Shown one piece after another: positions 1 to 8,179 of a DNA stretch of 19,520 nucleotides (within the stretch, counting starts at the first letter, position 1; every line of letters starts with the position of its first letter). Position numbers and translations under genes: made by a program. The stretch is from an uncultured bacterium (lineage in GTDB: Bacteria; Krumholzibacteriota; Krumholzibacteriia; Krumholzibacteriales; Krumholzibacteriaceae): assembly GCA_965371515.1 (NCBI GenBank), contig CBDUYR010000051.1:1-19520 (forward strand), written 5' to 3'. Below the pieces are notes generated by a model. It ran no database searches, was not told the DNA's origin, and was given only the letters and a program-made list of their open reading frames with translations.

Positions 1-27
1 AAAACCCCGGAGGCACCGAGGGTTTTT
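1..27 (-). terminator. Possible intrinsic terminator downstream of the OmpA-domain gene
   Basis: Inverted repeat AAAACCC-CGG/AGGCA/CCG-A-GGGTTTT (one bulge) about 50 bp past the stop at 80; A/T tracts on both sides; cut by the window edge. Confidence 0.45.
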
Positions 28-79
28 ACGGGGCCGCCCTCGCGCACCCAAACCCTGAATAATAAATCACTTAGCGTGG

Positions 80-661
80 CTATTGCCGCAGGTCGTCGAG
101 GTTGAGGATGCGGAACTCTACCCTCCTGTTGTGGCGGCGGCCCTCCGCGGTATCGTTCGAGGCCTCGGGGTACTTTTCGCCGTGCCCGACAGTCTTGAGG
201 TTGTCCTCCTCAAGTTTCTGGAAATTCTCAAGCAGGTAGGCCCTTACCGACTCGGCCCTCTCCTCGGAGAGCTTCTGGTTGAACTCTTCGGAACCCGAAT
301 CATCGGTGTGACCGGCAATCTCCACCTCTGCCTCCGGCCAGTTGGAGAGAACGGCTCCGATCTTGTCCAGTAATCCCTGTGAGCCTGACTTCAGCTCCGC
401 ACTTTCCAACTCGAACTCTATCTCAGAGGTCGAGAGTACACCGGTGTCCATGAATGCCTCGATCGACCTGTTCAGAGCTTCGGCAGCTCCGTCTCCGTCG
501 CTGCAGCCGCAGGTCCCGCCAAACAGCCACGGCATGCCGATGTAACACAGCGCCTTGCTGTCGGGCCTGTCCCTGTCCTTCCTGTCGCCTGCGAGAGCCG
601 GCGAATCAGCCGCTGCAGCAAAGAAAAACGCGATCAACAGTACCAGAGAGATGTATCTCAT
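80..661 (-). CDS. OmpA-family (OmpA_C-like peptidoglycan-binding domain) exported protein, 193 aa
   Basis: Motifs IEFELESAEL, VEIAGHTDDSG, NQKLSEERAESV, GHGEKYP, NRRVEF; signal peptide MRYISLVLLIAFFFAAAA. Start moved to ATG 661, which follows the SD-like AGGAAAGG (the ORF track uses TTG 679). Confidence 0.9.
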   Translation of the reverse strand: MRYISLVLLIAFFFAAAADSPALAGDRKDRDRPDSKALCYIGMPWLFGGTCGCSDGDGAAEALNRSIEAFMDTGVLSTSEIEFELESAELKSGSQGLLDKIGAVLSNWPEAEVEIAGHTDDSGSEEFNQKLSEERAESVRAYLLENFQKLEEDNLKTVGHGEKYPEASNDTAEGRRHNRRVEFRILNLDDLRQ

Positions 662-716
662 ACCTTTCCTTCCTTGCATTTCGCTCGATCCTTACCCTAT
701 TTATATTCCGGCTGTC

Positions 717-959
717 TTACTTCTTATTGATCAGCCCGACTATCCAGAGCAGAATAATCGCTCCAATGACCGCTGTTACAAGTGAGCCCAGGATCCCTCC
801 GGCCGTTAGCCCGAGGATCCCGAAGAGCCAGCCACCGAGAAAACCGCCGATTATCCCGACAATGATGTTGCCGAGGATCCCGAAACCGCTTCCCTTCATT
901 ATCTGTCCGGCTATCCATCCTGCCACCGCTCCGATCAACAGGAACCACAGGAAATCCAT
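717..959 (-). CDS. GlsB/YeaQ/YmgE family (transglycosylase-associated) stress-response membrane protein, 80 aa
   Basis: Family pattern LLIGAVAGWIAGQIMKG..GILGNIIVGIIGGFLGGWLF..SLVTAVIGAIILLWI; ATG 959 preceded by AAGGAG. Confidence 0.92.
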   Translation of the reverse strand: MDFLWFLLIGAVAGWIAGQIMKGSGFGILGNIIVGIIGGFLGGWLFGILGLTAGGILGSLVTAVIGAIILLWIVGLINKK

Positions 960-971
960 CAACCTGCTCCT

Positions 972-1667
972 TTACTGAGAACCCGTCTTCTCACCCGTAA
1001 TACGCGGGTAGACCAAACCTGCCAGGATTGCTCCGACTATCGGCGCGACCCAGAAGAGCCAGAGCTGCGAGAGCGCCCAGCCGCCGGCAAAGAGAGCCGG
1101 GCCTGTGCTGCGCGCGGGATTGACCGAGGTGTTTGTCACGGGGATGCTTATCAGGTGAATCAGGGTCAGCGCCAGCCCGATCGCGATCGGCGCGAATCCC
1201 TTCGGTGCCCTCTCGTCGGTGGCTCCCAGTATTATAAACAGGAAAAAGAATGTCAGCACGACTTCGGCGACGAGCGCCGCGAGCATCGAATACCCGCCGG
1301 GAGAGTGCTCTCCGTACCCGTTGGATGCGAACCCGCCCAGCTCAAAGCCCGCCTTGCCCGAAGCGATCACGTACAGCACCGCCGCCGCGGCTATCGCGCC
1401 GAGGACCTGAGCGATGATGTAGGGCAGCAGCTCCTTGCCGGCAAACCGTTTGCCTGCCCAGAGGCCGAACGATACAGCGGGATTGAGATGACACCCCGAT
1501 ACGTGGCCAATGGCATACGCCATTGTCAACACGGTCAGCCCGAAGGCCAGCGAAACACCCACGAAGCCGATACCGAGTCCGGGGAATGCCGCCGCCAGCA
1601 CGGCGCTGCCGCATCCACCAAAAACCAGCCAGAAAGTGCCGATAAATTCAGCTCCAAGCTTTTTCAT
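972..1667 (-). CDS. aqpZ: Aquaporin Z, 231 aa
   Basis: [22 protein letters not shown]-terminus, two NPA motifs ([19 protein letters not shown]), [12 protein letters not shown] loop, [13 protein letters not shown]. Confidence 0.97.
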   Translation of the reverse strand: MKKLGAEFIGTFWLVFGGCGSAVLAAAFPGLGIGFVGVSLAFGLTVLTMAYAIGHVSGCHLNPAVSFGLWAGKRFAGKELLPYIIAQVLGAIAAAAVLYVIASGKAGFELGGFASNGYGEHSPGGYSMLAALVAEVVLTFFFLFIILGATDERAPKGFAPIAIGLALTLIHLISIPVTNTSVNPARSTGPALFAGGWALSQLWLFWVAPIVGAILAGLVYPRITGEKTGSQ

Positions 1668-1669
1668 GG

Positions 1670-2452
1670 TCAGTTCCTTTTGAAGATCCTTTTATACCAT
1701 GGCTTCTTTTCCTCGACCTTTTCCAGGCTTCCGCTGTCAACCTCCTTGTAAATCGAAACCGCGAGTTCGTCACCGCGCTCTCCTGAATCGATCTTTTTAC
1801 TCACAAAAGAGTCGAGTTTTTCGTAATCGACGTTCTTGTCGGCGCCGTAAGACATCGCTCGGGTCACTCTTTCGATTTCCTCGCCTTTCATGCCGCGTTC
1901 GATCGCTTTTTCAACGGTTTTTTCGGCACGCTCGACGGGAACGCCCTCTCTTGCGGCTCCTTCGATCGACCTGACAGCGCTTTCCTCTTCCTGTTCGGTA
2001 GCTCCATCTCGCTGACGCACTCTTTTACGAATCCGTTCTTTTGACTTTTCGAGGTCACCCTCCCACTGCTTCTTCCTCTTGTCATTCCAGTCCTCGGATC
2101 CCGGGGGATATTGCTTCTTCATCTCACCGGGAGACGCGCCGGTTCCGTCCCATCCGGACTTTTCACCCTTTGACCATCCAGGAGGATTGCCATCCACCCA
2201 TTCTGCTTTCTCTTCTTTCTTCAGCTTCTTCGGCTTGTATTGAGCTTTTTTGCTGTCCGCGGTCTGGGGATCTCCCATCTCCCCCTTCGATTCTTTCTCT
2301 CCCATGGCTTTTTCTTCGGTTTTGTTCTCCTTCCCGCTTTCTTTCTCGCCTTTTTTCTTCTTCCCCTGGGCGTTCAGGTCGTACCCTGAAGCGAGGACAA
2401 AGACAGTAACAAGGGAAAAAACAACAAACCTCAGCGCATCGCTTCTCCTCAT
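1670..2452 (-). CDS. Hypothetical secreted Lys/Glu-rich protein, 260 aa
   Basis: ATG 2452 with AAAGGAG SD; signal-peptide-like [28 protein letters not shown]; stop lies 2 bp before the aqpZ start; no family recognised. Confidence 0.8.
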   Translation of the reverse strand: MRRSDALRFVVFSLVTVFVLASGYDLNAQGKKKKGEKESGKENKTEEKAMGEKESKGEMGDPQTADSKKAQYKPKKLKKEEKAEWVDGNPPGWSKGEKSGWDGTGASPGEMKKQYPPGSEDWNDKRKKQWEGDLEKSKERIRKRVRQRDGATEQEEESAVRSIEGAAREGVPVERAEKTVEKAIERGMKGEEIERVTRAMSYGADKNVDYEKLDSFVSKKIDSGERGDELAVSIYKEVDSGSLEKVEEKKPWYKRIFKRN

Positions 2453-2574
2453 GGAGAGTCTCCTTTCATGACAGAAAAACAGGTAATCGCTGTATGGATT
2501 TCGCACCCCTCAAACTGCAGGACCTGGAGATATCCGCCACCGTAATCGGCATGGCAGACTACTTTGCGGGCAAC

Positions 2575-2583
2575 TTTATAACA
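2575..2583 (-). promoter_or_regulatory. Possible extended -10 promoter (TGtTATAAA) for the hypothetical-aqpZ-glsB-ompA cassette
   Basis: Minus strand reads ...ttcaataacTGtTATAAAgttg... in the only AT-rich patch of the intergenic region; no well-spaced -35. Confidence 0.4.
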
Positions 2584-2647
2584 GTTATTGAATAATACAA
2601 CGCTTTTCTTATGTGCGTGAGGAGCGTGATAGACAGTGTGCTCTTCC

Positions 2648-4189
2648 CTATACGAACTCGGCCTTGAGATCGCGCTTCCCGTCGAGCGAGAATATCTCGT
2701 AGTCCTCCCGGTGCATCCTCGGATCGTCGATGATGACTATCTCGAGGCGGTAGCTCTCCGACAGCTCGCGGAGATTCTCCTCGCGGTCATCGCGCAGAAA
2801 GATCCCGAGCATCGGGTTGACGCGGAACTGCAGTCCGTTGAGCCTCTTGACAGAGCCGATGCGCCTGATCCAGTGCTCGATCTTCATCGCCATCGACTCG
2901 ATCGACAGGATCTTGCCGCTTCCGGCGCAGTAGGGACACTCGTCGCTGTAATAGTGAAGGAGGCTCGGGCGTACGCGCTTCCTGCTCAACTCGATCAGGC
3001 CGAGGTCGCTGATCTGCGACACACGCGACCTCGAGCGGTCCTTGCGGATCGCGTTGCGGAACTCGTTGTACACCTTCCGCCTGTTCTCCTCGCGCTCCAT
3101 ATCGATAAAATCGACGACTATGATGCCGCCGATGTCCCTCAACCGCAACTGGCGGGCAATCTCGCGCGCAGAGATGAGGTTCGTCTCGAGGATCGTCTCC
3201 TCCTGGTTCTTGCGCCCGGTGAACCGGCCCGTGTTGACGTCGATCGATACAAGCGCCTCTGTATGCTCGATGACGATGTAGCCGCCCTTCCTCAGCCAGA
3301 TCTTGCTCTCAAGGGTCTTCTCGATCTCCGACTCGATCTCGTAGTAGTCGAATATCGGCGCCTTTTCCTTGTACAGCTGGACCTTCGAGGCAAGTTCCGG
3401 AGCGAAGGATTTGAGATACTTGGCCAGCCTGTCGCGCTCGCCTTCGTTATCGATCACTATCCGGTCGATGTCCTTCGAGAAGAGGTCCCTGATGGCGAAA
3501 ATGGTGATATCGACGTCCTCGTGTATCAAGGTCGGCGGCACGGCCTTCTCGATCTTCTTTCGGATCTCTTTCCAGCGCCTCTCGAGCGAGTTGATGTCGT
3601 CACGGAGCTGGTCGTCGGCGACTCCCTTTCCGGCAGTGCGGACAATAACGGCACATCCCTTCGGCCTGTTCTTCCTGACGATGTCCCTCAGCCTGTGGCG
3701 CTCCTTCCGCGACTCGATCCTCTTGCTTATCCCGATGTGGTCGAGGTTGGGCATCAGGACAGCGTACCGTCCGGGCAGCGAGAGCTGGGACGATATCCTC
3801 GGCCCTTTCGTGCCTATGGCCTCCTTGCGGATCTGCACGAGGAGGTCCTGCCCCTTCTTCAGAAGGTTCTCGATAGGGGGATACTCGCGCCTCCTGCGGC
3901 CGTTCTGGAAGTCGAAGTCCTCGTCGATGTCGATCAGGTCGGGATCGAGCGAGCCTGTGGCCACGTCGCTGACGTGGAGAAAAGCCGCTTTCTCCCCCCC
4001 GATTTCCACGAAGGCGGCCTGTATCCCGGGGATCACAGCGTTGATCTTTCCCAGATAGATGCCGCCGACGGTCCTCCTGCTCTCCTCGCGCTCGATGAGG
4101 AACTCGACGAGATCCCCGTCCTCGAGGATCGCGATCCGGACCTCCCTGCTCGTGTAGTTGATTACGATTTCTTTTTTTACTCTGGCCAT
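2648..4189 (-). CDS. rng: Rne/Rng family ribonuclease (RNase G length), 513 aa
   Basis: S1 region GGIYLGKINAVIPGIQAAFVEIG, KEAIGTKGPR, IDVNTG, QLRLRDIGGIIVVDFIDM, Zn-link CPYCAGSG; no long C-terminal scaffold. Confidence 0.95.
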   Translation of the reverse strand: MARVKKEIVINYTSREVRIAILEDGDLVEFLIEREESRRTVGGIYLGKINAVIPGIQAAFVEIGGEKAAFLHVSDVATGSLDPDLIDIDEDFDFQNGRRRREYPPIENLLKKGQDLLVQIRKEAIGTKGPRISSQLSLPGRYAVLMPNLDHIGISKRIESRKERHRLRDIVRKNRPKGCAVIVRTAGKGVADDQLRDDINSLERRWKEIRKKIEKAVPPTLIHEDVDITIFAIRDLFSKDIDRIVIDNEGERDRLAKYLKSFAPELASKVQLYKEKAPIFDYYEIESEIEKTLESKIWLRKGGYIVIEHTEALVSIDVNTGRFTGRKNQEETILETNLISAREIARQLRLRDIGGIIVVDFIDMEREENRRKVYNEFRNAIRKDRSRSRVSQISDLGLIELSRKRVRPSLLHYYSDECPYCAGSGKILSIESMAMKIEHWIRRIGSVKRLNGLQFRVNPMLGIFLRDDREENLRELSESYRLEIVIIDDPRMHREDYEIFSLDGKRDLKAEFV

Positions 4190-4190
4190 T

Positions 4191-6785
4191 TCAAATATTT
4201 CCTGTAATTAAATCCAGTGGTTCAAGCAGGACATCGCCCTGCCTGTAGTAAATCCCTGTCCTCCTGATCACCGCGAGCCGGGCTATCGGCCCGGGCATCA
4301 CCGCACGCAGCAGATCGGCGGGCACCGGAACGCTCTCCGGGCCGGACTCTATGCGCAGCATGAGTTCTCCCGCGGCCCCGCCCCTGCGGACGGAACACCC
4401 ATGTGTCGACCTCGTTCTTCCCTTTCGGTCTGTCACTTCCCCTCCCGACGCGAAGAGCGAGGACCATCTATCCTCAAGCCATCCGGCCGCGTGTTCCTCG
4501 CCGAGACGATACCACACATCCTCTCCCGTGGACAAATCTTCTTCCGAAAACGGTTTTTCTTTGCCGGCCTGTCCGAGCATGCAGATCACCGGACCGAGAT
4601 CGATCTCGTACTCCAAAACAGCCTCTTCGGGAAGCTTTCCCCCGGCCCGGTTGAACGGGCCGGCGCTCGCATTCACCTCCAGCCCCGGCGGCATGAGCCC
4701 GTCGAGGGCGCGGAACGTGACATCGCCGTCGCTGGTCAGCTCGACGTCGAAGAACTCCATCTCACCCGCCGTGCCTACCGCCAGCGCGGGGCCCAGCGAC
4801 ATCTTCACGTGAGGATGGAACCCCTCGCTGAATCTCAGAGGCAGACAGCTCCTGCGGAGCGCCCTGATGATGATGTTGGTCAGCTCCCTGTGCGAGAGGA
4901 ACCTCGCCTTCCCTGTCTTCCTGTAGATGAAACGGTAACGTATCTGCTCATTTTCGACGTCGTGCTCGTACCTGTTCGGTATACCGGGAACGGTGTCATT
5001 GTCTGCAGGGGCAAATCCGGCGTTTCTCTCTTCCTCGCTGCTGCAGGCTCCGCACCCCCCGCAAGTCCCGTCCCTGCAGTCCGGCGTCGACTCGGCGCCG
5101 AGTGCCCTCTCCTTCTCGCGGAGGAGGAACCTCTTCGAGACCTTGACGGTGAATGCTTCCCACGGCAGGGGCGCGGCCGGGTCGAGACCCGTCAGGAGCC
5201 GGTCGATACTCGTGCCGTGTTTCTCGATGGCCCTTTCCCACAGATCGAACCTCAGCCTGTCGCGCCAGCTGCCGAACCGGCACCCGGATCTCCACGCATC
5301 CAGGACGATCGGCCAGACATCGCGTCCCCCCCTTGCGAGGACGCCCTCGAGTGCGCTGACCCTCGGCTCGCGGAGGCTGAGATCGACCTTCCTGTTCCTG
5401 ATACGGGAGGCGAGGTACTTTTCCTTTTCCGCTATCTCTTCGATCGAGCACTGCTTCTCCCACTGGAAGGGGGTGTGGGACTTGGGCACGAACGGCGAGA
5501 TAGTCACGCCGAGCCTGAATCGTCCCCTCGTGCCGCGCATGCTCATAATCCGCTCGATCAGCGATATTATCCCGTCGAGATCCTCCTTCGTCTCGGTCGG
5601 CAGGCCGATCATGAAGTAGAGCTTGAGGCTCTGCCAGCCTGCATCGAGTATCCTCGCACACCCGTCGAGGATGACCTCGTCGCTCATTTCCTTGTTGATC
5701 ACCAGGCGCAGGCGCTCGGTGCCTGCCTCCGGTGCGATTGTAAAGCCCGATTTACGGACCGCAGCGGTCGCCTCGATTATCCTGTCGGTCACCGTCTCGG
5801 GGCGGAGGCTCGGAAGGGCGAGGGAGATGTTGCGCTTCTCGAGCTCGGGGGTGAGCCGCTCGAGCAGTTCATCGAGCCTCGAGTAGTCTGACGTCGACAG
5901 CGAGAGCAGAGAAACCTCCTCCCATCCCGTAGCGTCCAGTCCTTCGGAAACGGCGCGGACGATGTCGCCCACCTTCCTCTCCCGTCTCGGCCTGTATGTC
6001 ATCCCCGCGTGGCAGAACCTGCATCCGCGCGTGCATCCTCTCATCACCTCTACGGCGAGCCTGTCGTGCACGACCTGGGCCGAAGGAACGATCGGGGCGA
6101 CCGGAAGGTTCTCCGGACCGAGCAGATATGTCCGCGCGGAGACCTTCTCGCTGATCCCTTCAACATAGACGCCTTCGATTCCGGCGAGCGTCTCGAGTTT
6201 CTCCCTCCGTCCGGCGCCGCCGGCTGCCATGAGTGCATTCACCGCCTCGACGAGCGATTCCTCGCCGTCGCCGAGGAAGAATGCATCGAATGCGCCGATG
6301 ACGGGGAGAGGATTGGAGACGCAGGGCCCGCCGGCGACGACCAGCGGATGGCTGTCATCCCTCTCCGCCGCGACTACGGGTAGCCCCGCCAGGTCCATTA
6401 TCGTGAGGGCATTCGTGTAATGGAGCTCGTACGGGAGGGTTATGCCTATAAGATCGAATCGCGACGCGGGCGTACCAGTCTGCCACGACCTGAATCGCTC
6501 GCCGGCCGCCCTCATGCCGTCCTCCATATCGGGCCACGGGGCAAAGGCGAACTCGACTCCAACGCCCTCGACCCGGCAAAGGGCGTGATATAGAAACCTC
6601 AGACCCTGGTGGGACATGCCTATTTCGTATACGTCGGGGAAGACGAGCAGGACATTGAAATCTCCACCGGTGAATCCCTTCGAGGCGAGATTGAGCTCGC
6701 AGTCGATATACCTCGACGGCTTCTCCACCCCGGGAAGGATCCCGTCGTAGTACGCGTCGCAATCGTATGACTGTCCGCTGCTCAT
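4191..6785 (-). CDS. TIGR03960-type radical SAM protein fused to a TIGR03936/DUF2344-type C-terminal domain, 864 aa
   Basis: VEKPSRY, FPDVYEIGMSHQG, CxxxCxxC motif RGCTRGCRFC, APEAGTERLR, FVPKSHTPFQW, Cys cluster DCRDGTCGGCGAC, then YRKTGKARFLSHRE..FSEGFHPH. Start at ATG 6785 overlaps the tldD stop (ATGA), with GGAGGAG upstream. Confidence 0.9.
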   Translation of the reverse strand: MSSGQSYDCDAYYDGILPGVEKPSRYIDCELNLASKGFTGGDFNVLLVFPDVYEIGMSHQGLRFLYHALCRVEGVGVEFAFAPWPDMEDGMRAAGERFRSWQTGTPASRFDLIGITLPYELHYTNALTIMDLAGLPVVAAERDDSHPLVVAGGPCVSNPLPVIGAFDAFFLGDGEESLVEAVNALMAAGGAGRREKLETLAGIEGVYVEGISEKVSARTYLLGPENLPVAPIVPSAQVVHDRLAVEVMRGCTRGCRFCHAGMTYRPRRERKVGDIVRAVSEGLDATGWEEVSLLSLSTSDYSRLDELLERLTPELEKRNISLALPSLRPETVTDRIIEATAAVRKSGFTIAPEAGTERLRLVINKEMSDEVILDGCARILDAGWQSLKLYFMIGLPTETKEDLDGIISLIERIMSMRGTRGRFRLGVTISPFVPKSHTPFQWEKQCSIEEIAEKEKYLASRIRNRKVDLSLREPRVSALEGVLARGGRDVWPIVLDAWRSGCRFGSWRDRLRFDLWERAIEKHGTSIDRLLTGLDPAAPLPWEAFTVKVSKRFLLREKERALGAESTPDCRDGTCGGCGACSSEEERNAGFAPADNDTVPGIPNRYEHDVENEQIRYRFIYRKTGKARFLSHRELTNIIIRALRRSCLPLRFSEGFHPHVKMSLGPALAVGTAGEMEFFDVELTSDGDVTFRALDGLMPPGLEVNASAGPFNRAGGKLPEEAVLEYEIDLGPVICMLGQAGKEKPFSEEDLSTGEDVWYRLGEEHAAGWLEDRWSSLFASGGEVTDRKGRTRSTHGCSVRRGGAAGELMLRIESGPESVPVPADLLRAVMPGPIARLAVIRRTGIYYRQGDVLLEPLDLITGNI

Positions 6786-8179
6786 CTGCCGATTTCTCCT
6801 CCAACCGTTATCGAGGGTATCCTGATCGTCGGCTGCGCGTCGGAAACAGGGACGTGCTGCCCGTCCTTTCCACACGTACCGATGTCGAACCCGGGATCGT
6901 TTCCGACCATGTCTATCCGTTCCAGCACGGAAGGGCCGTTGCCGATCAGTGTCGCGCCGCGGACCGGCCCCTTTACCCTGCCACCCTCGATCAGATAGGC
7001 CTCGCTGACCTTGAACACGAAATCGCCGCTCGAGGTATCGACCTGTCCGCCCCCCATGCGGACGACGAAAAGCCCGCTTTCGACGCTTGCGATTATCTCT
7101 TCCGGATCATGCCCGCCGGGCGCGATCATCGTGTTGCTCATACGCACTATCGGCCTGTAACGGAAGTTCTCCCGGCGTCCGTTCCCCGTCGGCTGCATCC
7201 CGAGTTTGATCGCCGACCTGCGGTCGAGAAGATACCCGATCAGCACTCCGTTCTCCACTGCGATGGTCCTCTGCGAGGGCGTCCCCTCGTCGTCGACACG
7301 GAACGAGCCGCGTTTACCTTCAAGTGTGGCGTCGTCTATGACGGTGACGAGATCCGATGCGACCTTTTTCCCGTGTTTCCCGCTGTAGATCGAGAGGCCC
7401 TTGAATACCGAGTCGCCCTCCAGTCCGTGGCCGATCGCCTCGTGGATCATCGTCCCCCCGGCCTGCCCCGACAGCACGACCGCCATCCTGCCGGCGGGCG
7501 CCCCGGGGGCGTGAAGCATCCGTATCGCGCTTTCGCCCGCCTCGTGCGCCAGCCGCTCCACCTTCGAAGCATCGAGCTGCTTGAGACCGTACTGGCCTCC
7601 TTCCGATCTCGTCCCGGTCTGCAGGATATTCCCGTCCGACGAGACCGCCCTGATATTGATGACCACCTGAGACCTGACATCCGCGGCCGCGACGCCTTCG
7701 CTGTTGAAGACTGATATCTTTCTGAGACTGTCTCCATAGCGGACCCTGACCTGTGTGATCTCTCCGCCCGCCGATCTGGCAGCGCGGTCGGCAGCGCGGA
7801 CCATTTCCGTCTTCGCCTCGAGAGTCTCATCGGGGAGAATGTCTCCATCAACGGAATCCCATGCTCTTTCCGGCTCGCCCGTCGCGGCAAAAGAACCCTT
7901 CCCGCGGGCGCCGAGGTCATTGAGCACGGAGGCCGCGACACGCATCATCTCGTCGCGCGTGATGACGCTCGAGTAGCCGTAGGCTGTTCTGTCTTCCGAG
8001 ATCAGCCGGAGTCCGAAGCCGGAGTCCGTACCGCTCGAGATCCGTTCGATGCGCCCGTCGGCACACTCGATCGAGCGCACGCCGGTCGACTCGAAGAATA
8101 GCTCGGCGAACCCGGCCCCATTCGAGACGGAGAACTCGAGCGTGTCGTTTATGTCGGAGGAAGACGGTCTTCTCAGCAT
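6782..8179 (-). CDS. tldD: TldD/PmbA family metalloprotease, TldD (catalytic) type, 465 aa
   Basis: HEAIGHGLEGD metal-binding motif, DDEGTP, TGNGRRE..PIVRMSNT, GTCGKDGQHVPVSDAQPT; start overlaps the purF stop by 7 nt. Confidence 0.93.
   Translation of the reverse strand: MLRRPSSSDINDTLEFSVSNGAGFAELFFESTGVRSIECADGRIERISSGTDSGFGLRLISEDRTAYGYSSVITRDEMMRVAASVLNDLGARGKGSFAATGEPERAWDSVDGDILPDETLEAKTEMVRAADRAARSAGGEITQVRVRYGDSLRKISVFNSEGVAAADVRSQVVINIRAVSSDGNILQTGTRSEGGQYGLKQLDASKVERLAHEAGESAIRMLHAPGAPAGRMAVVLSGQAGGTMIHEAIGHGLEGDSVFKGLSIYSGKHGKKVASDLVTVIDDATLEGKRGSFRVDDEGTPSQRTIAVENGVLIGYLLDRRSAIKLGMQPTGNGRRENFRYRPIVRMSNTMIAPGGHDPEEIIASVESGLFVVRMGGGQVDTSSGDFVFKVSEAYLIEGGRVKGPVRGATLIGNGPSVLERIDMVGNDPGFDIGTCGKDGQHVPVSDAQPTIRIPSITVGGEIGR

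Noticed and set aside
61..73. IHF-like site AATAAATCACTTA, or a CRISPR-leader-like segment at the left edge
   Set aside because: One mismatch to a short degenerate consensus; no repeats or cas genes visible; context cut by the window edge.
2552..2568. Second sigma54-like motif TGGCAGACTACTTTGCG on +
   Set aside because: GG-to-GC spacing is 11 rather than the required 10, and it points into the 3' end of rng.
2636..4207. 523-aa + strand ORF
   Set aside because: Lies entirely antisense to rng with no recognisable motifs; a typical shadow ORF of GC-rich codon usage.
4191..8179. RiPP cluster (radical SAM plus TldD protease)
   Set aside because: No precursor peptide, RRE/SPASM domain, YcaO or transporter; this rSAM family normally sits next to rng.
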